Shown: one piece after another, positions 18,986 through 28,181 of the stretch
Position numbering within the stretch: the stretch's first letter is position 1
Layout of the letters: every line of letters begins with the position of its first letter
NCBI GenBank assembly: GCA_963768855.1
Contig: CAVYJM010000006.1
Coordinates: 192,001 to 256,000, forward strand
Origin: an uncultured Thermoplasmata archaeon
GTDB lineage: Archaea > Thermoplasmatota > Thermoplasmata > RBG-16-68-12
Reading direction: 5' to 3'
Length of the DNA stretch: 64,000 nt
Notes under the pieces: model-generated
The model's input: only the letters and a program-made list of their open reading frames with translations
What the model was told of the DNA's origin: nothing
Databases searched by the model: none
Program-made: the position numbers and the translations under genes

Positions 18986-19236
18986 TCCGCGTGGGCGTGC
19001 AGGCAGCGTACGAGCGCATCGCGGAGGACCTGCGGTCCATCTGGGGAGACATGGCCCTCGCCATGCTCCGCAAGCGCATCCGCGACGTGCACGCCGACCC
19101 GAACGCCCTCACGAGGCAGGACCTGGAGCAGATCGTGGACCTCCTGCGCGCGAAGACGCTCCCGTCCGTCCTCGGCGAGGACGGCGCCGAGGCGAAGGCC
19201 CGCCAGTACCTCGCGTGGGTCGCGAGCTCGGCCTGA
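18982..19236 (+). CDS. Small helical protein (84 aa), translationally coupled to membrane protein
   Basis: ATG 18982 overlaps TGA 18983-18985; MIRVGVQAAYERI…WVASSA*. Confidence 0.7.
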   Translation: MIRVGVQAAYERIAEDLRSIWGDMALAMLRKRIRDVHADPNALTRQDLEQIVDLLRAKTLPSVLGEDGAEAKARQYLAWVASSA

Positions 19237-19240
19237 CGCC

Positions 19241-19708
19241 TCACCGCGCCGTGTCGTGGGAGGCTTTCACGAGTCGGACGACCTTGTACATCTCGAGCTC
19301 GGAACGGGACCACGGGTGCAGATCCTCCGGGAGGGGCGCGTCGATCGCCTCCGTGCGCACGAGGTGGCTGCCCTTCTCCAGCGTGGCGTCGTCCGCCAGA
19401 TGCGCCTCGAACTCAAAGGTGAGCACCCAGTCGCCTCCCATCGCGGATCGCACCCCCACCAGGCGGATCGTCCTCGGAGTCTCCCCCGTCTGCTCCCTCA
19501 GGAAGCGGGTCGCGCACAGGCGGGGATGCACCCCGTAGTTGAGGACGCCTCCGGGCAGGGTCCATGAATCGCCGAACACGGGGTCTTTGTGCTGGCGGAT
19601 GAGGACGAGCCGGTCGCGGTGGTGCGCGAAGATCACGCAGCGGAGCTCGAGCCCGCCCGCCGCGGTTCCGGCCCCGACCGGGAACAGAGCCTTCTCGACT
19701 TCCTCCAT
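19241..19708 (-). CDS. Nudix-fold protein with degenerate Nudix box
   Basis: WTLPGGVLNYGVHPRLCATRFLREQTG; three box glutamates replaced. Confidence 0.75.
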   Translation of the reverse strand: MEEVEKALFPVGAGTAAGGLELRCVIFAHHRDRLVLIRQHKDPVFGDSWTLPGGVLNYGVHPRLCATRFLREQTGETPRTIRLVGVRSAMGGDWVLTFEFEAHLADDATLEKGSHLVRTEAIDAPLPEDLHPWSRSELEMYKVVRLVKASHDTAR

Positions 19709-19794
19709 GACCCCGCAATCGGTCAGGGGTGACGGACCCGATAAGTGTTCCGTGCCGAGGGAGGATCCGCGGGATCGTGATCTCGCGAGCCGGT

Positions 19795-21372
19795 TCACGC
19801 CGCGGGGAAGCTGATCGTGTGGCCTTCCGCTTGCCGGCGCGTCTTCGCGGGCTGCCGGATCCGGAAGCCGCGGTCCTCGCCGTAGCGGCGCATGATCTGC
19901 AGGATATAGCGGCCTCCGAGGCGGCCCGTGGCCACGACCATCGCCCGGAGGGGCAGCGGGAGCTTCGTGAGATCCCAGAGGAGCGAGTCCATCTCGAGAA
20001 CCTCATGGCGCCACGCACGGTATGCGATGTTGAAGCGCGCCTCGTCGATCATCTCGTCGATGCTGTAGAACTCCTCCCCGCGGAGTGCGCCGACCGGCAC
20101 GAAGGTGAGCGGGGCGGTCACGAAGTGGCTGTTCGGGATCTGCTCCATCCGGTCGATCAGGTCCACGGTCAGCCACGCGTCCTCGGGGGTCTCGCCGGGC
20201 AGGCCCATGATGATTGTGTACGCGGGAAACCAGTAGTTCCGGTTCAGGATCTCCGTCCCCTCGATTACCACATCGGGCCACTCTTCCGCGCTGAACGGGG
20301 CGGCCTTGCGGTTCAGCACGGCCTTGGAGAGCTTCGGGCTTCCCGTCTCGATGCCGCTCTGGACTCCGATCCACTTGTCCGGTCCCGCGTGGACGATCTT
20401 GGAGAGATCCTCAATGAGACCCGGGTTCGTCACGGCTGCACTGACCGTGCCGTGGGTCGGATAGCAGTGCGAGACGCCGGGCTGCTTCATCACGTGCTCG
20501 AAGAGGCCCTTCACCGCGTCCTCATTGGGCTCGAAGGTCTTCCAGTTCTCCAGCTGGTACAGGAAGATGTCGTCCGAGTGAAGCTGGATCGAGCTTCCGT
20601 TCGGCGCGCGGGCGTTGACGGCGACCTCGTCTGCAATGAAGTCGAGAGGGAAGTATCTCGGACGGCGGAGCGTGACCTCGCAGAACTCGCAGCCGCGGCC
20701 GCATCCGCGCATGACCTCGACCATGTTGTGCATGACGGGCCCGAGGATCTTCGGGACTTCCTCGACGCGGGGCGCGGTCCGGTTGTTGAACCGCAGGACG
20801 GGCGGCGCGCTCCCGCTCCGCACTTGGTCGAAAACGTCCGCGATGAAATGGTCGCATTCCCCGTAGACGATGTGGTCGATCCCCAGTTCCTCCTGGAGAC
20901 CGGGGCGGTTGTCGAACTGCCACGCGCCGGGTCCGCCGAGGATGACCTTGTACTTCCGGTTGGGCTTCTGGCTCTGCGCGGCGAGCTCGAGGAACTTCGC
21001 CTTCGTGTAGGGCGTCAGGACGCCGCCCATCGTGAAGGACATGCTCACGGGCCCGAGGCCGAGCGGGTCCATCGTGTGCAGCCCGACGACCTCCGTGTCG
21101 TCCGTGATGTAGCGGTCGATCATCTGCGGCGGGGCCACGACGACCTGGTCCCGGCCGTACGCCTTCACGAGCCCCGCCTCCACCTTGCGCAGTCCGTACG
21201 GCGCGCGGATCGGCTGGCCCGTCGCGTCGAGCTGGGGCGGGTCCGCGAGGATACGGTACACGAGGCGGGAGTACCAGTAGTCCGTCGGGATGCAGCTGAA
21301 GAAGGTCGCAAGCGGGACGCCGCGGTAATCCGTCATCAGGGTGTAGTCCGCCGCCAGCACGACCTTGGCCAT
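19795..21372 (-). CDS. Radical SAM protein with N-terminal B12-binding-like domain (archaeal family)
   Basis: EVMRGCGRGCEFC (CxxxCxxC), GIETGS, IMGLPGET; GAGGTGG RBS. Confidence 0.9.
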   Translation of the reverse strand: MAKVVLAADYTLMTDYRGVPLATFFSCIPTDYWYSRLVYRILADPPQLDATGQPIRAPYGLRKVEAGLVKAYGRDQVVVAPPQMIDRYITDDTEVVGLHTMDPLGLGPVSMSFTMGGVLTPYTKAKFLELAAQSQKPNRKYKVILGGPGAWQFDNRPGLQEELGIDHIVYGECDHFIADVFDQVRSGSAPPVLRFNNRTAPRVEEVPKILGPVMHNMVEVMRGCGRGCEFCEVTLRRPRYFPLDFIADEVAVNARAPNGSSIQLHSDDIFLYQLENWKTFEPNEDAVKGLFEHVMKQPGVSHCYPTHGTVSAAVTNPGLIEDLSKIVHAGPDKWIGVQSGIETGSPKLSKAVLNRKAAPFSAEEWPDVVIEGTEILNRNYWFPAYTIIMGLPGETPEDAWLTVDLIDRMEQIPNSHFVTAPLTFVPVGALRGEEFYSIDEMIDEARFNIAYRAWRHEVLEMDSLLWDLTKLPLPLRAMVVATGRLGGRYILQIMRRYGEDRGFRIRQPAKTRRQAEGHTISFPAA

Positions 21373-21629
21373 TCGATCCCCCACCTCGTCTCGAAACGTT
21401 CCTTCCGAAAGGTTCCGTCCGCGTGGATTGGTAGCCCAGTGATTCGACATCCACCATAGTTATACGTTTCGCATTCGGGCTCGCGACATCGCCGCTCGTC
21501 GCCGATCCATAGACCGTTCGGCTCTCCTCGGGATCCATCGCCCCGCCCTTCCCCGGACGCGGCGTGCCTGGGGCGAATGCGAAAGGGTAAAGGGAATCTG
21601 GTCTCTGGGCGCCTCCGGTCGGGATCGAC

Positions 21630-22100
21630 ATGGTCGAGGTTGGACAGAGGGCCCCGGAGTTCACGATGCCGAGCGACGAAGGCAAGCCGGTTACGCTCTC
21701 GAAGGAGCTGGGCCAGGGCCCGGTCGTCCTGTCGTTCTACGTGTTCGACTTCACCGGCGTCTGCACGGGCCAGCTGTGCGCGATGCGGGATTCGATGGGG
21801 AACCTGCAGCAGCACGGCGCGAAGGTCTTCGGGATCAGCACCGACAGCGCCGCGAGCCACAAGGCGTTCCGCGCCGCGAACAACGGGAACCACCCGCTGC
21901 TCAGCGACTGGAACAAGACGGTCAGCAAGTCCTACGGCGTTCTGTACGACAAGTTCGGGGACTACCTCGGCGCCTCGAAGCGCTCCGTCTTCGTGCTCGA
22001 CAAGGACGGCGTCGTGCGGTACAGGTGGGTCACGGAGGACTCGAAGATCCCTCCGGACGCGAAGCGCGTGCTCGAGGAAGTCAAGAAGCTGACGAAGTGA
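21630..22100 (+). CDS. Peroxiredoxin (AhpC/TSA, AhpE/BCP-like)
   Basis: FDFTGVCTGQLC, GISTDS, LLSDWN, RSVFVLDKDG. Confidence 0.92.
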   Translation: MVEVGQRAPEFTMPSDEGKPVTLSKELGQGPVVLSFYVFDFTGVCTGQLCAMRDSMGNLQQHGAKVFGISTDSAASHKAFRAANNGNHPLLSDWNKTVSKSYGVLYDKFGDYLGASKRSVFVLDKDGVVRYRWVTEDSKIPPDAKRVLEEVKKLTK

Positions 22101-23302
22101 GGCCGAGCTCCCGCACGGCCGCGGCTACGCTGTCAACCGTCGGAATCGATCGAGACTCGGGTCGGTCGTCCCCTCGTCCGGCGCCCGTGTTCACGAGGAC
22201 CACTTGGTCCTCGGACCGGATCACGCCTTCGTCGTACAAGCGCCGCAGCCCCGCCAAGGTCGCCGCGCCCTCCAGGCACGCCGAGACGCCCTCGAGGGCC
22301 GCCAGGTTCGCCGCGGCGAGGGCCATCGCCTCCTCCGTGACGGTCACCGCCGACGCCGTTCGTCTCTCGTAGGGCGCGTAGGACGATCCGATCCGCCAGG
22401 GTCGCCGGGACCCGTAGCCCCGCCGCGCGGGTCCTCGGATCCGGCCAGGGTTCCGCCCTCTCCCTCCGCTCCTTCCATGCGCGGACCAGCGGGGCGCAGC
22501 CTTCCGCCTGCACGAGCCCGATCCGGGGCCAGGGTCCCTCGTACCATCCGAGCTCCTGGAGCTCCTGGAGCGCCTTCCAGATTCCCGCCACACCCGTGCC
22601 ACCCCCGGTCGGGAAGAGGATCCAGTCGGGCATGCCGTCCAGGTCCTCCCAGATCTCATAGAGCATTGTCTTCTTCCCCTCGACCCGGTACGGTTCTCGG
22701 AGCGTCGCCACATTGAACGCTTCCGTTGCGACGGCCACTTCCTGGGCGAGGCGCCCCGCCTGCGTGATGTCCCCGCGCACGTGAGCCACTTTCGCTCCGT
22801 GGTCGAGGGCCGCCCGGACCGCGTCCGCTGGCGCGTCCGGCGTCATGAGGATCGTGGCCTCGAGCCCGTACGTTGCAGCGTAGAGCGCCAGGGCCGCGCC
22901 TGCGTTCCCGGCGGTGGGTGCGACGAGGGATTTGGCGCCCAGGGACTTCGCCATGGGGACCGCCACGGCCATCCCGCGGGCTTTGAACGTCCGGGTGGGG
23001 TTGCCTCCCTCGTCTTTCACGTAGAGCGCCGCGAGCTTCAGCCGGGCCACGCGCCCTCTTGATCCAATCCGCTCGAGCCGGAGGAGCGGCGTTCCGCCTT
23101 CCCCCCGGGCTCGAATCTCCTCCTCCGGGAGTGGGAGCAAGGGCGCGTAGCGCCAGAGGTCCCGGCGGCGCAGGAGTTCCTCCCGCCGAACCGCGGAAAG
23201 GTCGTACCGCGCGAACAACGGAGCGCCGCATTCGCAGAGGTTCGCGAGCCGAGCCTCGCGGCGTCGACCGCAAGCTGTGCACTCGAGGAACTCCGGACGC
23301 AT
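22081..23302 (-). pseudogene. thrC: Threonine synthase-like PLP enzyme, frameshifted near 22351 (pseudogene or sequence error)
   Basis: N-terminal Zn ribbon, GEGGTPL, KDEGGNPTRTFKARG, GKKTM, PTGGG; C-terminal LEGAATLAG…VLVNTG lies in another frame (one extra base). Confidence 0.8.
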
Positions 23303-23382
23303 GGCCCCGCGATGGTCCGACCGCCGCATCACCGTTTGGCTTTGCGCATGTCTTTATCCGGGCGGATGCTTTGGCACGACGG

Positions 23383-24207
23383 ATGTGCGCCGCGGTCTCG
23401 GAGGTCGACCTCGATCGAACGTATCGAGGTATGATCGAGGACATGAGGAAGCGCGGTCGGATCCTCGTCGCGTTCTCCGGAGGTGTCGACAGCGGTCTCA
23501 TCGCGCGGATCGCCTTCGACGCGCTCGGCCCCGACGCGCTTGCCGTCCTCGCGGACGCAGAGTCCCTCTCTCGCCACGAGCTCGAGGAGGCGGTGGCCGA
23601 GGCCGCAGAGATCGGGATCCCGCTTCGGATCCTGCGGATGTCCGAGCTCATGAACGAGTCCTATGTCGCCAACCCGACGAACCGGTGCTACTTCTGCCGC
23701 AAGGAGCTTGGACGTAACCTGCGCCCTCTCGCCGCAGAGCTCGGGTTCGATGTGATCGCAGACGGTGTCAACGTCTCGGACCTAGGAGACCACCGCCCCG
23801 GGATCCAGGCCATGAACGAGGAGGGCTTCTGGCACCCCCTCGTCGAACATGGTCTCGGGAAGGCGGAGGTCCGTGCCCTCGCGCGGCAGCTCGGCCTCAG
23901 CTTCCACGACAAGCCGAGCAACGCATGTCTGTCATCTCGGATCGCCTACGGGGAGGTCATCACCGTGGAGAAGTTGCAGCAGGTCGACGTCGCAGAACAG
24001 GCTCTCCGGGTCCTGGGCTTCCCGGTCGTGCGGGTGCGTGCCCACGAAGGCATCGCGCGGATCGAGGTTCCGAAGGAGGACATCCCCCGCCTGACGGCGC
24101 CCGAGGTGTCCGAGAAGGCGCTGCAGGCCGTTCGGGACGCGGGCTTCGTCTACGTGACCGTGGACCTCCGCGGGTACCGGAGCGGATCGATGAACGAGGG
24201 CCTCTAG
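23383..24207 (+). CDS. larE: LarE-family ATP-dependent sulfur insertase
   Basis: AFSGGVDS PP-loop, NRCYFC, GDHRPG, KPSNACLSSRI, VRVRAH, DLRGYRSGSMN. Confidence 0.9.
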   Translation: MCAAVSEVDLDRTYRGMIEDMRKRGRILVAFSGGVDSGLIARIAFDALGPDALAVLADAESLSRHELEEAVAEAAEIGIPLRILRMSELMNESYVANPTNRCYFCRKELGRNLRPLAAELGFDVIADGVNVSDLGDHRPGIQAMNEEGFWHPLVEHGLGKAEVRALARQLGLSFHDKPSNACLSSRIAYGEVITVEKLQQVDVAEQALRVLGFPVVRVRAHEGIARIEVPKEDIPRLTAPEVSEKALQAVRDAGFVYVTVDLRGYRSGSMNEGL

Positions 24208-24647
24208 CGCTTCGCAACCAAGTACTTGCAATGGAGCTTCGTGAGGTCGTAGCAGTCCGGGCATGTCGCGGGCCAGTCGATCTCCTTCTGTAATCGCCGC
24301 GTCGTGTCGTCGCTCAGCACGTGCTCCATCTCGCAGGCTTCGTCGTGGTATTTGCCCTCGGGGACTCCGAGGTGGACCAGGAAGTATTCCATCGTGCAGT
24401 GCCGCCGCAGGATCTTCTGCGCGATGTCTTTGCCCTTCTTGGTCAGGGTCGCCCCTTGGTACTTCGCGTACTTGACGAGCTTCTCCTTCTGGAGCCGCTC
24501 GAGCATCTCCGTCACGCTCGAGGGCGCCACCTTCAGGTAGTGGGAGATCTCGCCGGTCTTGGCCGTGCTGTGGTTCTGCTCGGAGAGCAGGAAGATGTAC
24601 TTCAGGTACATCTCGACGTTCTCCGTCAGCTCGGGTGCCTTCGCCAT
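24204..24647 (-). CDS. DtxR/MntR-family metal-dependent repressor
   Basis: TENVEMYLKYI, VAPSSVTEML, LRRHCTME, ACEMEH. Confidence 0.92.
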   Translation of the reverse strand: MAKAPELTENVEMYLKYIFLLSEQNHSTAKTGEISHYLKVAPSSVTEMLERLQKEKLVKYAKYQGATLTKKGKDIAQKILRRHCTMEYFLVHLGVPEGKYHDEACEMEHVLSDDTTRRLQKEIDWPATCPDCYDLTKLHCKYLVAKR

Positions 24648-24786
24648 AGTTTCGGCTTTCCCAAACGGGCGACCCTCCATAAAGCCTCCAGCCGAACGGC
24701 TCCAGGCGGATATGTACTGTACTTGCGGTAGGCTTAGCCCGGTGGCGCAGCGGGCCCGGCGCGATTTAGGTTGTTCCGTGTTCTGT

Positions 24787-24810
24787 TTCGGCTGACCTAA
24801 CCGTTAAATA
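24787..24810 (+). promoter_or_regulatory. Candidate DtxR-type operator abutting TATA box of FTR1 gene
   Basis: TTCGG-CTGA-CCTAA-CC (12/19 match to TTAGGTTAGCCTAACCTAA) immediately before TTAAATA. Confidence 0.6.
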
Positions 24811-24849
24811 ATACAGTGTTATAGAGCGCGCTCGGACGAGGAATCGGTC

Positions 24850-25755
24850 GTGGCGACAGCAGGCATCGCACCGGGAGTGATCATCGGTCTGCGGGAGGGG
24901 GTCGAGGCCGCCCTCGTCGTGGGCATCATCCTGGGGTATCTCGTCAAGATCGATCGCCCCGGCCTTCGCCGGTACGTCTACGGGGGTACCGCGGCCGCGT
25001 TCGCCGCGAGCGCGGGACTCGCCGGAGCCCTGTTCCTCCTGGGCGCTGAGTTCGAGGGAAGCGCCGAGGCCGCCTTCGAAGGGTTCGCCCTCATCCTCGC
25101 GGTCGTCGTCCTGACCTCGATGGTCTTCTGGATGATGAAGGCGTCCAAGAGCCTCTCCGTCCACGTGCAGAAGCGGATCGACTCCTACCTGGACGGGAGC
25201 CACCTCTTCGGCCTCGTGGTCCTTTCGTTCCTCGTCGTCTTCCGGGAAGGGGTCGAGACGGCCCTCCTCATGTTCGGTGCAGGCGCGGAGACCTCCGCCG
25301 CGGATGCCACCCTCGGCGTCGGGATCGGTCTCCTGATCGCCGGCGTCATCGGTGTGGGCATCATGCGTCTATCGTGGCGAATCCCTCTCCACCGCTTCTT
25401 CCAGATCACGGGCGTGGCGCTCGTCGTGATCGGCGCGGGACTCTTCGCAACGGGAGTCAACGAGCTCCAGGAAGCGTTCGGTTGGACGGTCGGAAACGGC
25501 CTCGTGTACAACCTGCGTGCGGTCTTCTCGTCCGGCCCGGAGAACCCCCTGGGCTACCTGCTTCGCGGGATCGTCGGGTACAGCGACGCGCCGACCGTCC
25601 TCGAGTCGGTCGCCTACGTCGCCTACTGGATCTTCACGGGGCTCGTCTATCTCGGAATTCGGAGCGGCAAGATGTCGGTCGTGACCGATCCGCTCCGCAG
25701 GATGTGGAGATCCCTGGTGCCCCGCGCAGCGAAGGCGCCGCGCGAAACGGAATGA
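24850..25755 (+). CDS. FTR1/EfeU family iron permease
   Basis: Two REGxE motifs (LREGVEA, FREGVET), multiple TM helices. Confidence 0.94.
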   Translation: MATAGIAPGVIIGLREGVEAALVVGIILGYLVKIDRPGLRRYVYGGTAAAFAASAGLAGALFLLGAEFEGSAEAAFEGFALILAVVVLTSMVFWMMKASKSLSVHVQKRIDSYLDGSHLFGLVVLSFLVVFREGVETALLMFGAGAETSAADATLGVGIGLLIAGVIGVGIMRLSWRIPLHRFFQITGVALVVIGAGLFATGVNELQEAFGWTVGNGLVYNLRAVFSSGPENPLGYLLRGIVGYSDAPTVLESVAYVAYWIFTGLVYLGIRSGKMSVVTDPLRRMWRSLVPRAAKAPRETE

Positions 25756-25833
25756 ACGGGCCTCCAGCTGCGGTGTTGGATTCGACAGGTGTGACGCGCC
25801 CGTGGGCCCGGCGCGCCGCTCGTCTCGCCGGCT

Positions 25834-26259
25834 CTACGGGTTGATCTTGATGGCTTTCGTCGGGCACGCGGTCTCGCACGCCATGCAGTCGATGCAGTCC
25901 GACTCCCGGATGGGCTCGGACTTGTCCGTGCGATACTGGTTGTACTGCTCGCCGCCCTTTTCCATGACCAGGTCGTTCCCGGTGCCCTTCTTGCCCGGAG
26001 CAAAGTTCCACTCGAAGACGTCGACGGGGCAGACGTCCATGCAGACGCCGTCCGCGACGCAGGCTTCCCAGTCCACCGCGACGTGGGTCCCGTGGATCCC
26101 GAGCTTCGTCGGATAGGGATTGCCGTTCGCGTCCGTCCGCTGGACGCCCTCGCCCAGGATCTTGTGGTTGTTGTGGGTGCCCGTCTCCGGATACTCATCG
26201 GGCTTGTTCATGAAATCCGGATCAATCGGCTTCGGTGCATAGTCCACCTCACGCGACAT
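25834..26259 (-). CDS. zfx: Zinc-containing 7Fe ferredoxin (Thermoplasma type)
   Basis: PKPID…HNNH…YPTKLGIHGTHVAVDW, CVADGVCMDVCP, CIDCMACETACP. Confidence 0.9.
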   Translation of the reverse strand: MSREVDYAPKPIDPDFMNKPDEYPETGTHNNHKILGEGVQRTDANGNPYPTKLGIHGTHVAVDWEACVADGVCMDVCPVDVFEWNFAPGKKGTGNDLVMEKGGEQYNQYRTDKSEPIRESDCIDCMACETACPTKAIKINP

Positions 26260-26460
26260 CAGGGTACCTCCGAATGGTATGAGACCCGGTCCTTGGAGGG
26301 GCCGGGCGGCTTTGGAATACGCCTTCCCCTTTTGAGGATTCCGGTATTACCGCGATGAATCTCTCCCGATACGCCCTGATATGTGCTAGCAACGCACGGC
26401 GGCGCCGCGCCTCCGGGGAATCGGCGAAACCTATTTGCCCGCACCGGCGCTCGCGGACTC

Positions 26461-27645
26461 GTGGCGCGGCGGGAGCGGGGCAGAGCGACGCGGGCGATCC
26501 ACGGTCGGCGTCGGAAAGGGTACGCTCCCCTCGTGACGCCGATTTACGCGAGCTCGACCTGGGCGCTCGACTCGGTCCGCCAGGGCGCGGACTTCTCCCA
26601 CGCAACGGCGCCCGCGGCGTTCTACACGCGATGGGGCAACCCCACCCTGCGCGATCTCGAGGACGTGCTCGCGGATCTCGAGGGCGGATCCCGCGCCCTC
26701 GTCGCCGGATCAGGGATGGGCGCGATCGCCTCCGCGATCCTGTCTTGCGTGGACGCGGGCGACCACGTCGTCGCGGGGGCAAGCCTCTACACGGCCACGA
26801 CGGAGATCTTCACGCGGCTCCTCCCGCGGTTCCAGGTCGGCACCACGTTCGTCGACCCGCGCGTCCCCGGGTCTTGGTCCGAGGCGGTGACGCCGGACAC
26901 CCGGCTCGTCTACGTGGAGTCCCCCGCCAATCCGACCATGATGATCACGGACTTCCGGGAGGCCGTGAAGGCGGCCCGGTCCGTCGGAGCGACCGTCCTC
27001 GCCGACAACACCTTCGCAACCCCCATCAACCAACGCCCGCTCGAGTTCGGGGTGGACGGAGTCCTGCACAGCGCCACGAAGTATCTGGGCGGGCACAGCG
27101 ACGTCGTGGCGGGCGCGTTCGTCGCGCGTTCCCCGCGGCTCTACAATCGCGTGTGGTTCAACTACAAGATGCTCGGCCCATCCCTGGGCCCGTTCGAAGG
27201 GTTCCTCGTGCGGCGCGGCGTGAAGTCCCTCCCGCTCCGCGTCCGCCAGCACAACGCGAACGCGCAGGCGCTCGCGGAGTTCCTCGAGGATCGGACCGCC
27301 GTGCGCGTCGTGCACTATCCCGGCCTACGGTCGTTCCCCCAGCACAGGCTCGCTCGTCAACAGATGGACGGCTTCGGGGCCATGCTCAGCTTCGAGCTGA
27401 AGGGCGGATACCGCGCGGGGAAGCGCTTCGTCGAGTCCGTCCGGGTGGCGACGCTCGCCGTGAGCCTGGGCGGGATGGAGACCCTCGTGCAGCATCCCGC
27501 CTCGATGACCCACGGTCCGCTCACGGACGCGGAGCGCAAGACGAGCGGAGTCACGGAGGGCCTGGTCCGCGTGAGCGTCGGGCTCGAGGACTTGGACGAC
27601 CTCCTCGCGGACTTCGAGCAGGCGGTCAAAGCGGCCTCCCGCTGA
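26461..27645 (+). CDS. Cys/Met metabolism PLP enzyme (cystathionine gamma-lyase / methionine gamma-lyase family)
   Basis: TRAIHG, YTRWGNPT, VESPANP, HSATKYLGGHSD, SLGGMETLVQHPASMTH. Confidence 0.93.
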   Translation: MARRERGRATRAIHGRRRKGYAPLVTPIYASSTWALDSVRQGADFSHATAPAAFYTRWGNPTLRDLEDVLADLEGGSRALVAGSGMGAIASAILSCVDAGDHVVAGASLYTATTEIFTRLLPRFQVGTTFVDPRVPGSWSEAVTPDTRLVYVESPANPTMMITDFREAVKAARSVGATVLADNTFATPINQRPLEFGVDGVLHSATKYLGGHSDVVAGAFVARSPRLYNRVWFNYKMLGPSLGPFEGFLVRRGVKSLPLRVRQHNANAQALAEFLEDRTAVRVVHYPGLRSFPQHRLARQQMDGFGAMLSFELKGGYRAGKRFVESVRVATLAVSLGGMETLVQHPASMTHGPLTDAERKTSGVTEGLVRVSVGLEDLDDLLADFEQAVKAASR

Positions 27646-27658
27646 CCGAGCCGCCGGG

Positions 27659-28105
27659 CTACTTCAGCACGCCTTCGAAGCGGAGGAGTTTCTTCTTGTA
27701 GTCGAGGCCGCCCGTGAAGCCGCCCAGGCTGTCCGCCCCGACCACGCGGTGGCATGGGATGACGACGCCGATCGGATTCTTCCCTAGCGCGTTCCCCACC
27801 GCCCGTTGAGCGTTCGGGTGACCGATGGCCTTCGCAATCTGCCCGTACGTCGCGACCTTGCCGAAGGGGATCTGCCGCGTCGCCTCGTAGACGCGCCGCT
27901 CGAACGGCGTGGAGTCGCTCAGGTCGACAGGGATGGCCCGCAGATCTCGACGCCTCCCCTGGAAGTACTCCCGGATCTCTGCTTCGATGCGGTCCCCCCG
28001 GCCGTGTGTGGGTCGTTCGCGAGTGAAGCCCATTTCTCGAAGCCGGCCCGCCTCGGTCACGAGCCGGACGTTGCCGAGCGGGGTCGCCAGGACGCGCCGT
28101 TCCAT
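27659..28105 (-). CDS. ogt: Methylated-DNA--protein-cysteine methyltransferase
   Basis: IPFGKVATYG, RAVGNA, IPCHRV. Confidence 0.95.
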   Translation of the reverse strand: MERRVLATPLGNVRLVTEAGRLREMGFTRERPTHGRGDRIEAEIREYFQGRRRDLRAIPVDLSDSTPFERRVYEATRQIPFGKVATYGQIAKAIGHPNAQRAVGNALGKNPIGVVIPCHRVVGADSLGGFTGGLDYKKKLLRFEGVLK

Positions 28106-28181
28106 GTTCGCACCGGGGCGGGGAAGGGCCGGGGCCGATATGGCGTTTGCCCCGGCGAACGCGGGCTCGCGCTCTGGCGGA

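Noticed and set aside
21380-21630. Riboswitch in the radical SAM leader
   Set aside because: Only a 4-bp hairpin in a ~60-nt leader; no cobalamin or SAM aptamer features
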